Shown: positions 1 through 10,189 of the stretch, in pieces
Layout: each line of letters begins with the position of its first letter
How positions within the stretch are numbered: position 1 is the stretch's first letter
Assembly: GCA_035545635.1 (NCBI GenBank)
Contig: DASZXY010000024.1
Coordinates: forward strand, 130,685 to 194,684
Direction: 5' to 3'
DNA: 64,000 nt
Source of the DNA: Mycobacteriales bacterium
Lineage (GTDB): Bacteria; Actinomycetota; Actinomycetes; JAFAQI01
Notes under the pieces: generated by a model
What the model saw: only the letters and a program-made list of their open reading frames with translations
The model's database searches: none
Told to the model about the DNA's origin: nothing
Made by a program: the position numbers and the translations under genes

Positions 1-49
1 GGCGTCAACCTTCTCATTCGCTGGGCAATACCCTTTTTCCATGCACTGA

Positions 50-122
50 GCGCCCGTAGCTCAGCGGATAGAGCGACTGCCTTCTAAGCAGTTGGTCGCA
101 GGTTCGATCCCTGCCGGGCGCG
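50..122 (+). tRNA. tRNA-Arg (anticodon TCT)
   Basis: 73-nt cloverleaf read by eye: acceptor gcgcccg/cgggcgc, anticodon stem actgc/gcagt with loop cttctaa, T-arm gcagg-ttcgatc-cctgc. CCA not encoded. Confidence 0.9.
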
Positions 123-123
123 C

Positions 124-1689
124 GTGGGTGGCGGTCATCTCGCGGCGCATGCCGAGAGGCATGCCGAGTTGGTCGCCGTCCGGCGTCGGTGGTGGCGCTC
201 CGGCGCCGCGGTCCTCCTCCGGACGACGGTCAGCCTCATTGCAGCGCTCACCCTGCTCAACATCGTGGGTGCCGCGGCAACGGCGCTGGTCGCGCTCTAC
301 GTCGTTCCCGAGCCGAACGCCCTCACCGCGTCGGGCTCGGTGACGACGTACGTCATCGTCGCGGCGATCTACGGCACCGTTGCGGTCATCGCCGGGACCG
401 CAATGGGAATCCGTTCGCTGGCGAGCCTGCGGGACTGGCTGCCTTCGGAGCAACCGCCGACGCCGGAGCAGCAGCTCATCGTGCTTCGCGGCCCACGAAT
501 GCTGGCGCGCGGCATCGGCTTGCTCTGGTTCGTGGGCATGCTGCTGTTCGGCGCGCTGACCGTCGGACACTCGGTCGACGGAAGCCTGCGGATGATGGCG
601 ATCGTCGGGCTGAGCGGCGTGATCACGAGCTCCGTGGCCTTCCGGTTCTCCGAGCTGCTGCTGCGCGAGGCCGCGGGTCGCGCGCTGTCGGCATCGGATC
701 ACCCGCAGAAGATCGCCCAGTCGGTGGCGGTTCGCTCGATCATGACCTGGGTCGCAGGTACGGGCGCTCCGGTGCTCGGCGTCGTCCTGCTCGGGGTGGC
801 GAGCATCGTCGACCACGTCGGCACCAGACGCGACCTGGCGATTGCCACCGCCGTGCTGGGGGCGAACTGCCTGCTCGCCGGGTTCATCACGACGTTCTTC
901 GTGACCCGCGCCACCGCGGACCCGATCGTGTCGGTGCGCCGGGCTCTCGCGCGCATCGAGCGCGGCGAGCTGGACGTATCGGTTCCGGTGTACGACGGGA
1001 CGGACATCGGACTGCTACAGGCTGGGTTCAACCGGATGGCCGCCGGACTTCGCGAGCGCGAGCAGCTGCGCGACCTGTTCGGCCGGCACGTCGGGGTCGA
1101 TGTTGCCCGTCGCGCGCTCGAGAACGGCGTCGAGCTCGGCGGCGAGGTGCGCGACGTCGCGGTTCTCTACATCGACATCGTCGGGTCGACCCGGATCGCC
1201 GCGGAGAAGCCGGCCCAGGATGTCGTGGACCTGTTGAACCGGTTCTTCGGCGTGGTGATCGATGTCGTCGAGTCCGCCGAAGGCTTCATCAACAAGTTCG
1301 CCGGCGACTCGGCGCTTGCGATCTTCGGCGCGCCGGCGCCGTTGCCGGACCGGTCTGCTCGCGCGCTTGCTGCCGCTCGCACCCTCGCTTCCCGCGTCGC
1401 GGAAGCGATTCCGGAGATCGATTTCGGCATCGGCGTGGCCTCCGGTGAGGTGGTCGCAGGCAACATCGGCGGGACCAGCCGGTTCGAGTACACGGTCATC
1501 GGCACGCCGGTGAATGAGGCAGCGAGACTCGGTGAGCTCGCCAAGAAGCTGCCTGGCCGCGTCGCCGCGTCTGCCTCCCTGGTCCGCGCGGTTGGCGACG
1601 ACGGCTGGGTGGTTGCTGACGAGGTCACGCTTCGCGGACTCGCCGAAACCACCACGATTTACGTGCCCAAACCGGCCTCGCGCGACTAG
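124..1689 (+). CDS. Membrane-bound class III adenylate/guanylate cyclase with HAMP domain
   Basis: N-terminal TM segments, a HAMP-like stretch (VRRALARIERGELDV...FNRMAAGLRERE), then a cyclase core (VAVLYIDIVGSTRIA...KFAGDSALAIFGAP...GEVVAGNIGG...YTVIGTPVNEAARL). The GTG at 124 lies 1 nt after the tRNA, so the true start is probably downstream (e.g. TTG 169). Confidence 0.8.
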   Translation: MGGGHLAAHAERHAELVAVRRRWWRSGAAVLLRTTVSLIAALTLLNIVGAAATALVALYVVPEPNALTASGSVTTYVIVAAIYGTVAVIAGTAMGIRSLASLRDWLPSEQPPTPEQQLIVLRGPRMLARGIGLLWFVGMLLFGALTVGHSVDGSLRMMAIVGLSGVITSSVAFRFSELLLREAAGRALSASDHPQKIAQSVAVRSIMTWVAGTGAPVLGVVLLGVASIVDHVGTRRDLAIATAVLGANCLLAGFITTFFVTRATADPIVSVRRALARIERGELDVSVPVYDGTDIGLLQAGFNRMAAGLREREQLRDLFGRHVGVDVARRALENGVELGGEVRDVAVLYIDIVGSTRIAAEKPAQDVVDLLNRFFGVVIDVVESAEGFINKFAGDSALAIFGAPAPLPDRSARALAAARTLASRVAEAIPEIDFGIGVASGEVVAGNIGGTSRFEYTVIGTPVNEAARLGELAKKLPGRVAASASLVRAVGDDGWVVADEVTLRGLAETTTIYVPKPASRD

Positions 1690-2552
1690 TGTGCGCCTCC
1701 GTGAGGCTGCTCGACGTAGAGAACGTCAGCGTGCGGTTCGGTGGCCTCACCGCGCTCACCCAGGTGTCGGCGAACGTCGACCAGGGCGAGGTCGTCGGAG
1801 TCATCGGCCCGAACGGCGCCGGCAAGACGACGCTGTTCAACGTCGTCTGCGGATTCGTCCGTCCGACGCAGGGTGAGCTTCGCTGGCGAGGCGAACCGCT
1901 GCGCCGACACAAGTCGCACCAGCTTGCGGGCCTTGGCATCGCACGCACGTTGCAGGGCCTCGGCCTGTTCCCGCACCTCACCGTCCTCGAAAACGTCCTC
2001 GTCGGCGCCGACCGGCATGCCCGCGCCCGGTTCGCCTCAGGGCTGTTCGGCCTGCCATGGAGCGATCGCGACGAGCGCTTGCTCAAGGAGAGGGCGATGG
2101 ATGCGCTTCGCCGTCTCGATGTTGCGGACTTCGCGGGATCCGTGCCCGGTCAGCTTCCGTATGGCGTGCAGAAGCGGGTCGCGCTCGCGCGCGCCCTGGT
2201 CGCGGAGCCGGCGCTGCTACTGCTCGACGAGCCGGCGTCAGGGCTCGCTGCAGATGAGATGGACGAGCTGGCGTCGCTCGTTCGCGACCTGAAGCAGCGC
2301 ACCTCGGTCCTGTTGGTCGAGCATCACATGGACCTCGTCATGGCCGTGTGCGATCGGATCGTCGTCCTCGACTTCGGCCGTTGCATCGCAACCGGCACTC
2401 CGGAAGAGGTCCGGGCCGATCCCAAGGTGCTCGAGGCCTACCTCGGCGAGGAGATCGACGCGTCAACCCAAGAGGTTGGCGATGTTCATTCACGCGCGGA
2501 ACGACGCGATGCTGTTCATTCACGTGCGGAACGACGCGATGCTCACTCTTGA
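1689..2552 (+). CDS. livG: Branched-chain amino acid ABC transporter ATP-binding protein (LivG-like)
   Basis: Walker A GPNGAGKTT, signature LPYGVQKRVALARAL, Walker B LLLLDEPASG. The C-terminal ~20 codons run through the tandem repeat (VHSRAERRDA x2). Confidence 0.85.
   Translation: MCASVRLLDVENVSVRFGGLTALTQVSANVDQGEVVGVIGPNGAGKTTLFNVVCGFVRPTQGELRWRGEPLRRHKSHQLAGLGIARTLQGLGLFPHLTVLENVLVGADRHARARFASGLFGLPWSDRDERLLKERAMDALRRLDVADFAGSVPGQLPYGVQKRVALARALVAEPALLLLDEPASGLAADEMDELASLVRDLKQRTSVLLVEHHMDLVMAVCDRIVVLDFGRCIATGTPEEVRADPKVLEAYLGEEIDASTQEVGDVHSRAERRDAVHSRAERRDAHS
2482..2543. repeat. Tandem 27/30-bp direct repeat (about 2.2 copies) across the livG stop / livF start
   Basis: Copy 1 is 2482-2508 (ATGTTCATTCACGCGCGGAACGACGCG). 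Copy 2 is 2509-2538 (ATGCTGTTCATTCACGTGCGGAACGACGCG). A third copy starts as ATGCT at 2539. The copies differ by 1 substitution and a 3-nt indel. Confidence 0.9.
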
Positions 2553-3249
2553 CGGCGTGGTCACGACCTACGGCGCGGTCCGCGCGCTGGACGGCGTCAC
2601 CCTCGACGTTCCCGAAGGTCAGATCACCGCGGTCCTCGGCGCCAACGGGGCCGGCAAGACGACACTGCTGCGTACCGTCAACGGCCTGGTCCGCCCGTCC
2701 GCGGGCAGGATCAACTTCGCCGGCCACGACCTCGTGTCGGCGCCGGTCGAGCGGATCGTGACCTATGGGATCGCACACGTCCCCGAAGGTCGTGGCGTGA
2801 TCACCGAGCTCACCGTCGAGGAGAACCTGCGGCTCGGTGCCCTGTGGCGATCCGACCGTCGCCGTACGACGAGTGAAGGTCTCGCATCGGTGTACGACAT
2901 GTTCCCGCCCATCGCCGAGCGCCGCGACAAGGCTGCGGACACGTTGTCCGGCGGCGAGCGACAGATGCTCGCAATCGGCCGGGCGCTGATGAGCCGCCCG
3001 ACGCTGTTGCTGCTCGACGAGCCATCGCTGGGGCTCGCGCCCCGGATCACCGCGCAGATCATGGCCACGCTTCGCCGGCTCAGCTCGGAGGAAGGAATCA
3101 CGGTGGTGCTCGTCGAGCAAAACGCCCGCAGCGCGCTTTCCGTCGCCGACACCGCGGTCGTGCTCAACCTCGGCCGCGTCGTTGCATCGGGCCCGGCGAA
3201 CGACCTGGCCGGCGACGAACAGCTCCGACATGCCTACCTGGGTTTCTAG
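2539..3249 (+). CDS. livF: Branched-chain amino acid ABC transporter ATP-binding protein (LivF-like)
   Basis: Walker A GANGAGKTT, signature LSGGERQML, Walker B LLLLDEPSLG. Start is ambiguous: in-frame TTG 2476 and ATG 2482/2509/2539 created by the repeat. ATG 2539 (MLTLDGVV) fits family N-termini best. Confidence 0.85.
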   Translation: MLTLDGVVTTYGAVRALDGVTLDVPEGQITAVLGANGAGKTTLLRTVNGLVRPSAGRINFAGHDLVSAPVERIVTYGIAHVPEGRGVITELTVEENLRLGALWRSDRRRTTSEGLASVYDMFPPIAERRDKAADTLSGGERQMLAIGRALMSRPTLLLLDEPSLGLAPRITAQIMATLRRLSSEEGITVVLVEQNARSALSVADTAVVLNLGRVVASGPANDLAGDEQLRHAYLGF

Positions 3250-4134
3250 ATGACGTTCCTCAACCTCGTGATCTACGGGATCGCCAACGGAACGCTCTAC
3301 GCCGCAGTTGCACTAGCGCTCGTTCTGATCTGGCGCTCGACGCGAATCGTGAACTTCGCGCAAGGCGGCATGTTGATGTTCACCACCTTCATCGCGTGGG
3401 ACCTCGTGGTGAAGCACGGTGCCAACTACTGGCTCGGCCTCGTGGTCGCGATGCTGGCCGGATTCGTGCTGGGTGGCGTGTCGGAGCGGGTGCTGGTCCG
3501 CCCGGTCGAGGACGGTCCACCCCTCAACCCCGTGATCGTCACGCTCGGGTTGCTGCTGCTGCTGCAGGCCGTTGCGGGGATGATCTGGGGCAACGGCCTC
3601 GACTCGTTCGCCCCCGAGTTCTCGCTGCGTTACTACAGTGCGGGTGATCAGGTGATCCTGTTCTCGCCCGACTACCTGTTCATCGTGATCGCGGTCTTTG
3701 TCGTGCTTTTGGGCTTGTACGTGTTGTTCCAGCGATCACCTCTGGGCCTGCGGATGCGCGCGAGTGCGTTCAACCCCGAGGTTGCCCGGTTGCTCGGAGT
3801 GCGGGTCGGCCGGATGCTCACCCTCGGCTGGGGACTGGCCGCGATGGTCGGGGCTCTCGCGGGAGTGCTCATCGCGGGCACCCAGCCCGACTACATGAAC
3901 CCCAACGCGTTCGATCCGCTGCTCATCTTCGGCTTCACGGCCGCGATCATCGGCGGGCTCGACTCACCGGTTGGTGCGGTTGCCGGTGGGATCAGCGTCG
4001 GCGTGATCCAGCAGCTGCTCGACAACTACGTGAGCAACGACATCGACGCGTTCTACGTGTTCCTGCTCCTGCTGGTGGTGCTGATGATCCGGCCCAACGG
4101 CTTGTTCAGCCGGGCCTCGGTGCGTCGCGTATGA
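3250..4134 (+). CDS. livH: Branched-chain amino acid ABC transporter permease (LivH-like)
   Basis: Polytopic membrane protein of the typical LivH family, in an operon with the liv ATPases. The ATG directly follows the livF stop. Confidence 0.85.
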   Translation: MTFLNLVIYGIANGTLYAAVALALVLIWRSTRIVNFAQGGMLMFTTFIAWDLVVKHGANYWLGLVVAMLAGFVLGGVSERVLVRPVEDGPPLNPVIVTLGLLLLLQAVAGMIWGNGLDSFAPEFSLRYYSAGDQVILFSPDYLFIVIAVFVVLLGLYVLFQRSPLGLRMRASAFNPEVARLLGVRVGRMLTLGWGLAAMVGALAGVLIAGTQPDYMNPNAFDPLLIFGFTAAIIGGLDSPVGAVAGGISVGVIQQLLDNYVSNDIDAFYVFLLLLVVLMIRPNGLFSRASVRRV

Positions 4135-5168
4135 CGCGCGGCATGTGGCACCGGGCGCCGATGGTGTTGCGGCACGGCATCCCTGCGGTTGCGGGCCTCG
4201 GGGTACTTCTGCTGGTGAGCCAAGGGCTGTCGGAGTACCGCAATACGCAGCTCGCGAGCATCGCGATGTACGTGTGCGCTGTCGCAGGCCTGACCATCCT
4301 CACCGGGCTGTCCGGACAGATCTCCCTCGGCAACGGCGCCTTCATGTTCGTCGGCGCCTACACCGTCGCATTGCTGCTCAAGCACCACGACACCCGCAGC
4401 AACGGGGTACTTGTCCTGTTCCTGGTCGCGGCGGTGCTGGTATCCGCGATCGCCGGAGCGCTGGTGGGTGTGGCGGCCGCCAGGCTGCGAGGGCCTTACC
4501 TCGCGGGCATCACGCTGGCACTCGCGGTCGGTTTGCCAGTCCTGCCGAAGTACTCGCACCTTCAGAAGACGCTCGGTGGTCACTCGGGCATCTCGGTCAA
4601 TGCGCCTGCGCCGCCGAACAACATGAACTACTTCCGCTGGCAGGCGTGGCTGTGCGTGATCGCCGCGGTGATCACGCTGTTTCTGCTCGCGAACCTCTCC
4701 GCCAGCCGCGTCGGCCGCGCGTTCCGCGCGGTGCGAGACGACGAGATCGCCGCGTCCCTCGCGGGTCTCCTGGTGGCGCGCGTGCAGATCCTCGCGTTCG
4801 TCGTCAGTGCGGCATGCGCCGGTCTGGCGGGTGGGTTGTTCGGCATCCTGCAGCTGACCGTGCTGCCGGATCTGTTCTCGCTGACGCTGTCGTTGTCACT
4901 GCTTGCCGCTGCGGTGTTCGGTGGCCTCGGGACGCTCAGCGGCGCGGTGTACGGCTCGATCATCATCACGTTCCTGCCGTTCTGGTCGACCGACCTGGCA
5001 AGGGCGCTGTCGCTGTCGGACAACATCAAGAACAACCTTCCGCAAGCGGTCTACGGCTTGGGGCTGATCGTGGGAATGCTGCTCTTCCCGCTCGGCATCC
5101 ACGGATTGCTCCGTCGGCTGGGCATGGTCGGGCGTAACGCCTTGAGAACGAAACCAACCGGTAACTAG
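4131..5168 (+). CDS. livM: Branched-chain amino acid ABC transporter permease (LivM-like)
   Basis: Polytopic membrane protein with an ATGA overlap onto livH. Contains the LivM-like GQISLGNGAFMFVGAY motif. Confidence 0.85.
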   Translation: MTRGMWHRAPMVLRHGIPAVAGLGVLLLVSQGLSEYRNTQLASIAMYVCAVAGLTILTGLSGQISLGNGAFMFVGAYTVALLLKHHDTRSNGVLVLFLVAAVLVSAIAGALVGVAAARLRGPYLAGITLALAVGLPVLPKYSHLQKTLGGHSGISVNAPAPPNNMNYFRWQAWLCVIAAVITLFLLANLSASRVGRAFRAVRDDEIAASLAGLLVARVQILAFVVSAACAGLAGGLFGILQLTVLPDLFSLTLSLSLLAAAVFGGLGTLSGAVYGSIIITFLPFWSTDLARALSLSDNIKNNLPQAVYGLGLIVGMLLFPLGIHGLLRRLGMVGRNALRTKPTGN

Positions 5169-5227
5169 GCAGCGAACCGGATTCGGAATAGGTTCCCGCC
5201 AGCACCAGACCAGCGAACGGAGGACAC

Positions 5228-6550
5228 ATGGCAAAGGGGCCTGTGCGGCTGCTCGCCACCGCGACGGTGGTCGCGCTCGGAGTCGCCGCCTGCGGGGGGA
5301 GCAGCAGCGGTGGAGGCGGAGCCGGTAATGGCAGCTCGGCGCCCGGCGTCACCGCGGACTCGATCCTGATCGGGAGCACGCAGCCGCTGACCGGCATCGC
5401 CGCTCCGGGTTACTCGGAGATCGCGCCCGCGTCGGCGGCGTACTTCACGTACGTCAACGCCCACGGCGGGATCAACGGCCGGCAGATCAACTTCAAGTAC
5501 CTGGACGACGGATACGACCCGGGCAAGACGACGACCGACACCAAGCAGCTCGTCCTGCAGGACAAGGTGTTCGCGGTCTTCGAGGGCCTCGGCACTCCGA
5601 CCCACGAGGCTGTCGTCGACTTCCTCAACCAGCAGAACGTGCCCGACCTCTTCGTCGCGTCGGGTTGCCTCTGCTGGAACAACCCGAGCGAGCACCCGCA
5701 GACCTTCGGCTGGCTGCCGGACTACACGCGTGAGGGCAAGATCCTCGGCGACTATGTCAAGAAGAACTTCGCCGGCAAGAAGATCGGCATCTTCGCCCAA
5801 GGTGACGACTTCGGTGACAACGGCATCAAGGGCTTCGAGCAGGAGGTCCCGGCCAACCAGATCGCATCGATCCAGCGCTACGACCCGACGAACATCAAGA
5901 TCGCGCCGCAGGTCACGAAGCTGAAGAAGGCGGGCGTCCAGGTCCTGGTGTCCTTCACGGTGCCGGCGTTCACCGCGCTGCTGAAGCTCACGTCGCTGCA
6001 GCTGCAGTTCAGCCCGCAGCTCGTCGTCAGTAGCGTCGGTTCCGACCCGGCGACCCTCGCGGGCCTGATCACGAACTTTGCGAAGGAGGGCGGCACAACC
6101 GTCAAGGGCGAGGACCTGATCCAGGGCATCATCACCGACGGCTACCTGCCATCGCCGTCGGACCCGAGCAACAGCTGGATCAAGCTGTTCCAGAAGGTCT
6201 ACAAGAAGTACCTCGCCAAGAAGTATCCGGTGTTCGACGGGAACATCGAGTACGGCCTGGCGTCGGCGTACACGTTCGCTGAGGCGTTGGCGGCGGCGGG
6301 AGAGAACCCGACCCGCGAAAGCCTGGTTGCGGCCGTCGAGGCGAACAAGTTCGCCGGCCCGAACCTCACGCCGTACGCGTACTCATCCGACGACCACTCC
6401 GGAATGACCGGCGTGCAGATGGGCGTCATCAACGGCCTGGCGATCAAGCTTCAGGGCACGCCGATGGTCACGGATGACGGCTCCGGTGGGATCACGCCTT
6501 ACACCACCGCTGAGGCGACCGCCCCGGCGAACGGTGTTCCGTCCGGTTGA
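5228..6550 (+). CDS. ABC transporter substrate-binding lipoprotein (branched-chain amino acid type)
   Basis: Signal peptide with lipobox (LGVAAC-GGSSSG), SD GGAGGA 5 nt upstream, periplasmic binding-protein type I-like sequence. Adjacent to the liv permeases. Confidence 0.8.
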   Translation: MAKGPVRLLATATVVALGVAACGGSSSGGGGAGNGSSAPGVTADSILIGSTQPLTGIAAPGYSEIAPASAAYFTYVNAHGGINGRQINFKYLDDGYDPGKTTTDTKQLVLQDKVFAVFEGLGTPTHEAVVDFLNQQNVPDLFVASGCLCWNNPSEHPQTFGWLPDYTREGKILGDYVKKNFAGKKIGIFAQGDDFGDNGIKGFEQEVPANQIASIQRYDPTNIKIAPQVTKLKKAGVQVLVSFTVPAFTALLKLTSLQLQFSPQLVVSSVGSDPATLAGLITNFAKEGGTTVKGEDLIQGIITDGYLPSPSDPSNSWIKLFQKVYKKYLAKKYPVFDGNIEYGLASAYTFAEALAAAGENPTRESLVAAVEANKFAGPNLTPYAYSSDDHSGMTGVQMGVINGLAIKLQGTPMVTDDGSGGITPYTTAEATAPANGVPSG

Positions 6551-7110
6551 TCGACAGCAACGCAGACAGTGGCCGGTCCGGTTCGCCGGGCCGGCCACTG
6601 ATTGCGCCGGGTGAGCGGTTCGCCGATGCGGACCAGTGGGACCACGCGCGTGCCACGCCGCCGCACCTGTGGGCGACGCTCGGCTATCGCCGGCTCGCCT
6701 GGGAGCCGGGCGGTACGACGATCGCGTGGGACGCGACGCCGGACTACTGCTTTCGCACCGCAGGCGGGCCGATCGTGCAAGGCGGACTCGTGACGGCCCT
6801 GCTGGACGCCGCGATGGGGGGAGCGTGCTGGACGGTGCTGGACCGCGACCAGGCGTTCCTCACCGCGGACCTGCGCGTCGAGTTCCTCCGGTCGGCTGAG
6901 GTCGGGACGCTGTCTGCGAAGGGCTGGGTCGTCCGCCGTACTCGGCGGGTGGTGTTCTGCGCGGCCGAGCTTTATCGCGGTGAGTCGACCGATGGCGATC
7001 TGCTCGCCACGAGTCGCGGCACCCAGGTCGTGCTGCCGGCTGATGGCCGAGCCGGCCGCTACCAGTCATCCGACGAGCCGGGCGCCCCGCCGGACGACGC
7101 GCGGGGCTAG
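6547..7110 (+). CDS. PaaI-family hotdog-fold thioesterase
   Basis: Hotdog/PaaI-like core (GGPIVQGGLVTALLDAAMGGA...TADLRVEFLR). The TTG start overlaps the upstream stop. Confidence 0.6.
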   Translation: MIDSNADSGRSGSPGRPLIAPGERFADADQWDHARATPPHLWATLGYRRLAWEPGGTTIAWDATPDYCFRTAGGPIVQGGLVTALLDAAMGGACWTVLDRDQAFLTADLRVEFLRSAEVGTLSAKGWVVRRTRRVVFCAAELYRGESTDGDLLATSRGTQVVLPADGRAGRYQSSDEPGAPPDDARG

Positions 7111-7796
7111 CCGGCGCGCCACTTGCCGCGGAGCTCTGGTGCCAGTCCTGCTCGCGCCGCATCGAGGAAGGCTTGCCTGTCCGCTGTGCCCAGGTCCGTT
7201 GGGAGGACGCCGAGAAGCGGTGCTCCCGCGTAGTCCGGTAGGTCCTCGAGGTTTGTCCTTGCGGCGAGGTCCGGCTCGGTCGGCCACGCGCCGACGACCA
7301 CACCCGCGCAAGTCAGGGACCTTCGCCGCAGCTCCTCACAGGTGAGTGCCGTCGCGTTGAGGGTGCCGAGTCCGGCGGGCGCGACGACGACGACGGCGGC
7401 GTTGATGGCGGCCGCGAGGTCGGCGATCGTCCCGCCCTCGTCGTCGAAGCGCACGAGCAGGCCGCCTGCGCCTTCCACGAGCACAAGGTCTCTGTCATCG
7501 AGGAGCTTTACGCGATGCGCCAGCTCCGTCACGCGCGGCGTAGGCAGACCGGCCAGCCTCGCCGCGCTCGCCGGCGCCAACGGTGCGGGAAACCGGATGA
7601 GCTCGTGCACGTCACCGACTCCAGAGAGTCGCTCGACCACCTCCATGTCGGACTCCATGCCGGGCTCGATGCCGGTCTGGGCCGCCTTGACGACGGCCAC
7701 CCGTTCGCCGGCTGCGTGCGCGAGGGCCGCGACCGCCGCGGTGACGATCGTCTTTCCGATCTCGGTGCCGGTGCCGGTGATGACGAGGCGTCTCAT
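7107..7796 (-). CDS. bioD: Dethiobiotin synthetase
   Basis: [22 protein letters not shown]-loop. Start taken at internal ATG 7796, which overlaps the bioF stop (ATGA). The 110-codon upstream extension of the ORF is Arg/Pro-rich junk. Confidence 0.85.
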   Translation of the reverse strand: MRRLVITGTGTEIGKTIVTAAVAALAHAAGERVAVVKAAQTGIEPGMESDMEVVERLSGVGDVHELIRFPAPLAPASAARLAGLPTPRVTELAHRVKLLDDRDLVLVEGAGGLLVRFDDEGGTIADLAAAINAAVVVVAPAGLGTLNATALTCEELRRRSLTCAGVVVGAWPTEPDLAARTNLEDLPDYAGAPLLGVLPTDLGTADRQAFLDAARAGLAPELRGKWRAG

Positions 7797-8926
7797 CGTC
7801 GCCGTTCGATCGCCTCGAGGATCGCCGTCGTTGCTTCCTTGATGTCGACGTCGGTGAGGCTTGCCCGTGCCGTGATCCGCAGCCTGCTGCCGCTTGGTGG
7901 GACGGAGGGCGGGCGAAAGCAGCCGACGATCACTCCCGCCTGACGGCAGTCGTCGGCAACCTGGGCGGTGAGTGCGGGGTCGCCGAGGATGAGTGACACG
8001 ACCGCGCCGTCGGGGGCTTCGAGCTCGAGGGCGGTCGCGATCTCGTCCCTGCGCTGGCCTACCTGCTCGACCCGCTCGGGCTCGGTCTCGAGGATGTCGA
8101 TCGCCGCTCGTGCCGCTGCGGCGCACGCCGGTGCGAGGCCGGTGTCGAAGATGAAGGTGCGGGCCGTGTTGACCAGATGCTCCACGATCGCGCTGGAGCC
8201 AACGACCGCGCCGCCCTGGCTGCCGAGCGCCTTCGACAACGTGACCGTTCTCACGACGACCGCGTCGTCGACGACGCCTGCGGCATGGGCGACGCCGCGA
8301 CCGGCTCGGCCGATCACTCCGACAGAGTGCGCTTCGTCGATCAACAGCAGTGCGTCCCTGTTGCGGCAGATGTCGAGAAGCGCGCTTGCGTCGGCGGTCG
8401 TTCCGTCGGTGCTGAACACCGCGTCGACGACGACCATCGCTCTTGCCTCGCTCCGGTCGGCGAGTGCTCGGTCGACGGCGGCGAGGTCGCGATGCGGTGT
8501 GACGACAGTGCGGGAGCGCGAGAGCCGGCAGGCGTCGATGATCGAGGCGTGGTTGTCGGCATCCGACACGATCAGGGAGCCGGGCCCACCCAGTGCGGTG
8601 ATCGCGCCGAGGTTCGCGGCGTAGCCGGAGGAGAAGACGAGGGCATCTTCACTGCCCGCGAAGGCACACAGTGCACGCTCGAGATCGCGGTGTAGCTCAA
8701 TGCTTCCCGTCACCAACCGCGACCCGGTCGACCCGGCGCCCCACTTGGTGGCGGCTGCCGCCGCCGCGCCGGTCACCCTCGGATCCATGGCCAACCCGAG
8801 GTAGTCGTTGCTGGCGACGTCGATGACGCGCGCGTTGTCGGCGCGGTGGGTCAGCCGCCGCTCCAAGCCCGCCGTGGCTCGCCGCGTCGCGGCCTCGCGC
8901 AGCCAGGAGTCATAGGCCGGGCTCAT
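7793..8926 (-). CDS. bioF: 8-amino-7-oxononanoate synthase
   Basis: Class II aminotransferase fold with the PLP-lysine motif [11 protein letters not shown]. Start ATG 8926 overlaps the bioA stop (ATGA). Confidence 0.85.
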   Translation of the reverse strand: MSPAYDSWLREAATRRATAGLERRLTHRADNARVIDVASNDYLGLAMDPRVTGAAAAAATKWGAGSTGSRLVTGSIELHRDLERALCAFAGSEDALVFSSGYAANLGAITALGGPGSLIVSDADNHASIIDACRLSRSRTVVTPHRDLAAVDRALADRSEARAMVVVDAVFSTDGTTADASALLDICRNRDALLLIDEAHSVGVIGRAGRGVAHAAGVVDDAVVVRTVTLSKALGSQGGAVVGSSAIVEHLVNTARTFIFDTGLAPACAAAARAAIDILETEPERVEQVGQRRDEIATALELEAPDGAVVSLILGDPALTAQVADDCRQAGVIVGCFRPPSVPPSGSRLRITARASLTDVDIKEATTAILEAIERRR

Positions 8927-10152
8927 GCGCCGGCGGCGGCGACCATCGAGCGACTGATCGTCGCGAGGTCGTCGTCGGTGCATACGTAGGGCGGCATGGC
9001 GTAGATGAGGTTACGGAACGGCCGAAGCCACACGCCGTCCTGCATCGCCCGCTTCGTGACCCGGTCGACGTCGACCGGGTCGACCAGCTCGATGACGCCG
9101 ATCGCGCCGAGCACTCGTACGTCCGCCACCGCGGGCAGGTCGGCGGCCGGTGCGAGGCCTTCGTTCAACGCGGATTCGGCCCGCTTGACGTCGGTCTTCC
9201 AGTCGCTGTTCTGCAGCAGGTCGAGGTTCGCTCCTGCGATCGCGGCTGCGAGCGGGTTCGCCATGAAGGTCGGGCCGTGCATGAACGCGCCGCCCGGGCC
9301 GGCGCTGATCGCGTCGGCGACTGCGGACGTGCACAGTGTTGCTGCCATCGAGAGGTAACCGCCGGTGAGCGCCTTGCCGACGCACATGATGTCGGGGGAG
9401 ACGTCGGCGTGCTCGGCGGCGAACATCGTGCCGGTGCGGCCGAAGCCGGTAGCGATCTCGTCGAGGATCAGCAGCACGTCGTGCTCGTCGCACAGCCGGC
9501 GCAGCTCCGCGACGTACGACGGGTCGTAGAACCGCATCCCGCCGGCACCCTGCACGACGGGCTCGACGATGACCGCGGCGATCGCGTCGCTGTGTCTTTC
9601 GAAGAGCTCTGCGGTCTGGCTTTGCCAACCCTCGTCACCGGCTGTTGCCGGCGGCATCTCGGCGAAGACCTGTTCGGGCAATGCCCCGATGAAGAGGTGA
9701 TGCATCCCGCCCACCGGATCGCACACGGACATCGCCATGAACGTGTCGCCGTGGTAGCCGCCGCGCACCGTGAGCAGCCGGTTGCGAGCCGGTCGGCCGC
9801 GGGCCTGCCAGTACTGCAGCGCCATCTTGACGGCGACCTCGACAGCGACTGATCCGGAGTCGGAGAAGAAGACGTTGCTCAGCCCCTCCGGGGCTACCGC
9901 TATCAGCTTCTCGGCGAGCGCTATTGCTGGTTCGTGGGTGAGTCCGCCGAACATGACGTGCGACATCCGGTCGAGCTGCGCGCGGGCGGCCGCATCGAGG
10001 ACCGGGTGCCGGTAGCCGTGGATCGCGGCCCACCAGCTCGACATCCCATCGATCAGCTCTGTGCCACCCGCCAGCTGCAGCCGGACCCCGCTCGCGCTCT
10101 CGACGAGATACGGCGCGGGACTGGCGGGCATCGCGGCGTACGGATGCCACAC
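8923..10152 (-). CDS. bioA: Adenosylmethionine-8-amino-7-oxononanoate aminotransferase
   Basis: [26 protein letters not shown] and the PLP-Lys VGKALTGG motif. The first canonical start is GTG 10152, but family-like sequence continues upstream (see findings). Confidence 0.85.
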   Translation of the reverse strand: MWHPYAAMPASPAPYLVESASGVRLQLAGGTELIDGMSSWWAAIHGYRHPVLDAAARAQLDRMSHVMFGGLTHEPAIALAEKLIAVAPEGLSNVFFSDSGSVAVEVAVKMALQYWQARGRPARNRLLTVRGGYHGDTFMAMSVCDPVGGMHHLFIGALPEQVFAEMPPATAGDEGWQSQTAELFERHSDAIAAVIVEPVVQGAGGMRFYDPSYVAELRRLCDEHDVLLILDEIATGFGRTGTMFAAEHADVSPDIMCVGKALTGGYLSMAATLCTSAVADAISAGPGGAFMHGPTFMANPLAAAIAGANLDLLQNSDWKTDVKRAESALNEGLAPAADLPAVADVRVLGAIGVIELVDPVDVDRVTKRAMQDGVWLRPFRNLIYAMPPYVCTDDDLATISRSMVAAAGA

Positions 10153-10189
10153 GTGCGCCGCGTCGAAGGCGAGGAGTGGGTCGGGTGAG

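Noticed and set aside
189-1448. 419-aa alternative-frame ORF inside the adenylate cyclase gene.
   Set aside because: Its translation is Arg/Gly/Pro-rich junk. The 124-1689 frame carries the HAMP and cyclase motifs.
7797-8126. 110-codon N-terminal extension of the bioD ORF. Similar extensions occur on the bioF, SDR, ALDH, P450, CoA-transferase, tig and ssb ORFs.
   Set aside because: The extensions are Arg/Pro-rich and overlap upstream genes. Internal starts reproduce the family N-termini and give the classic ATGA/GTGA coupling overlaps.
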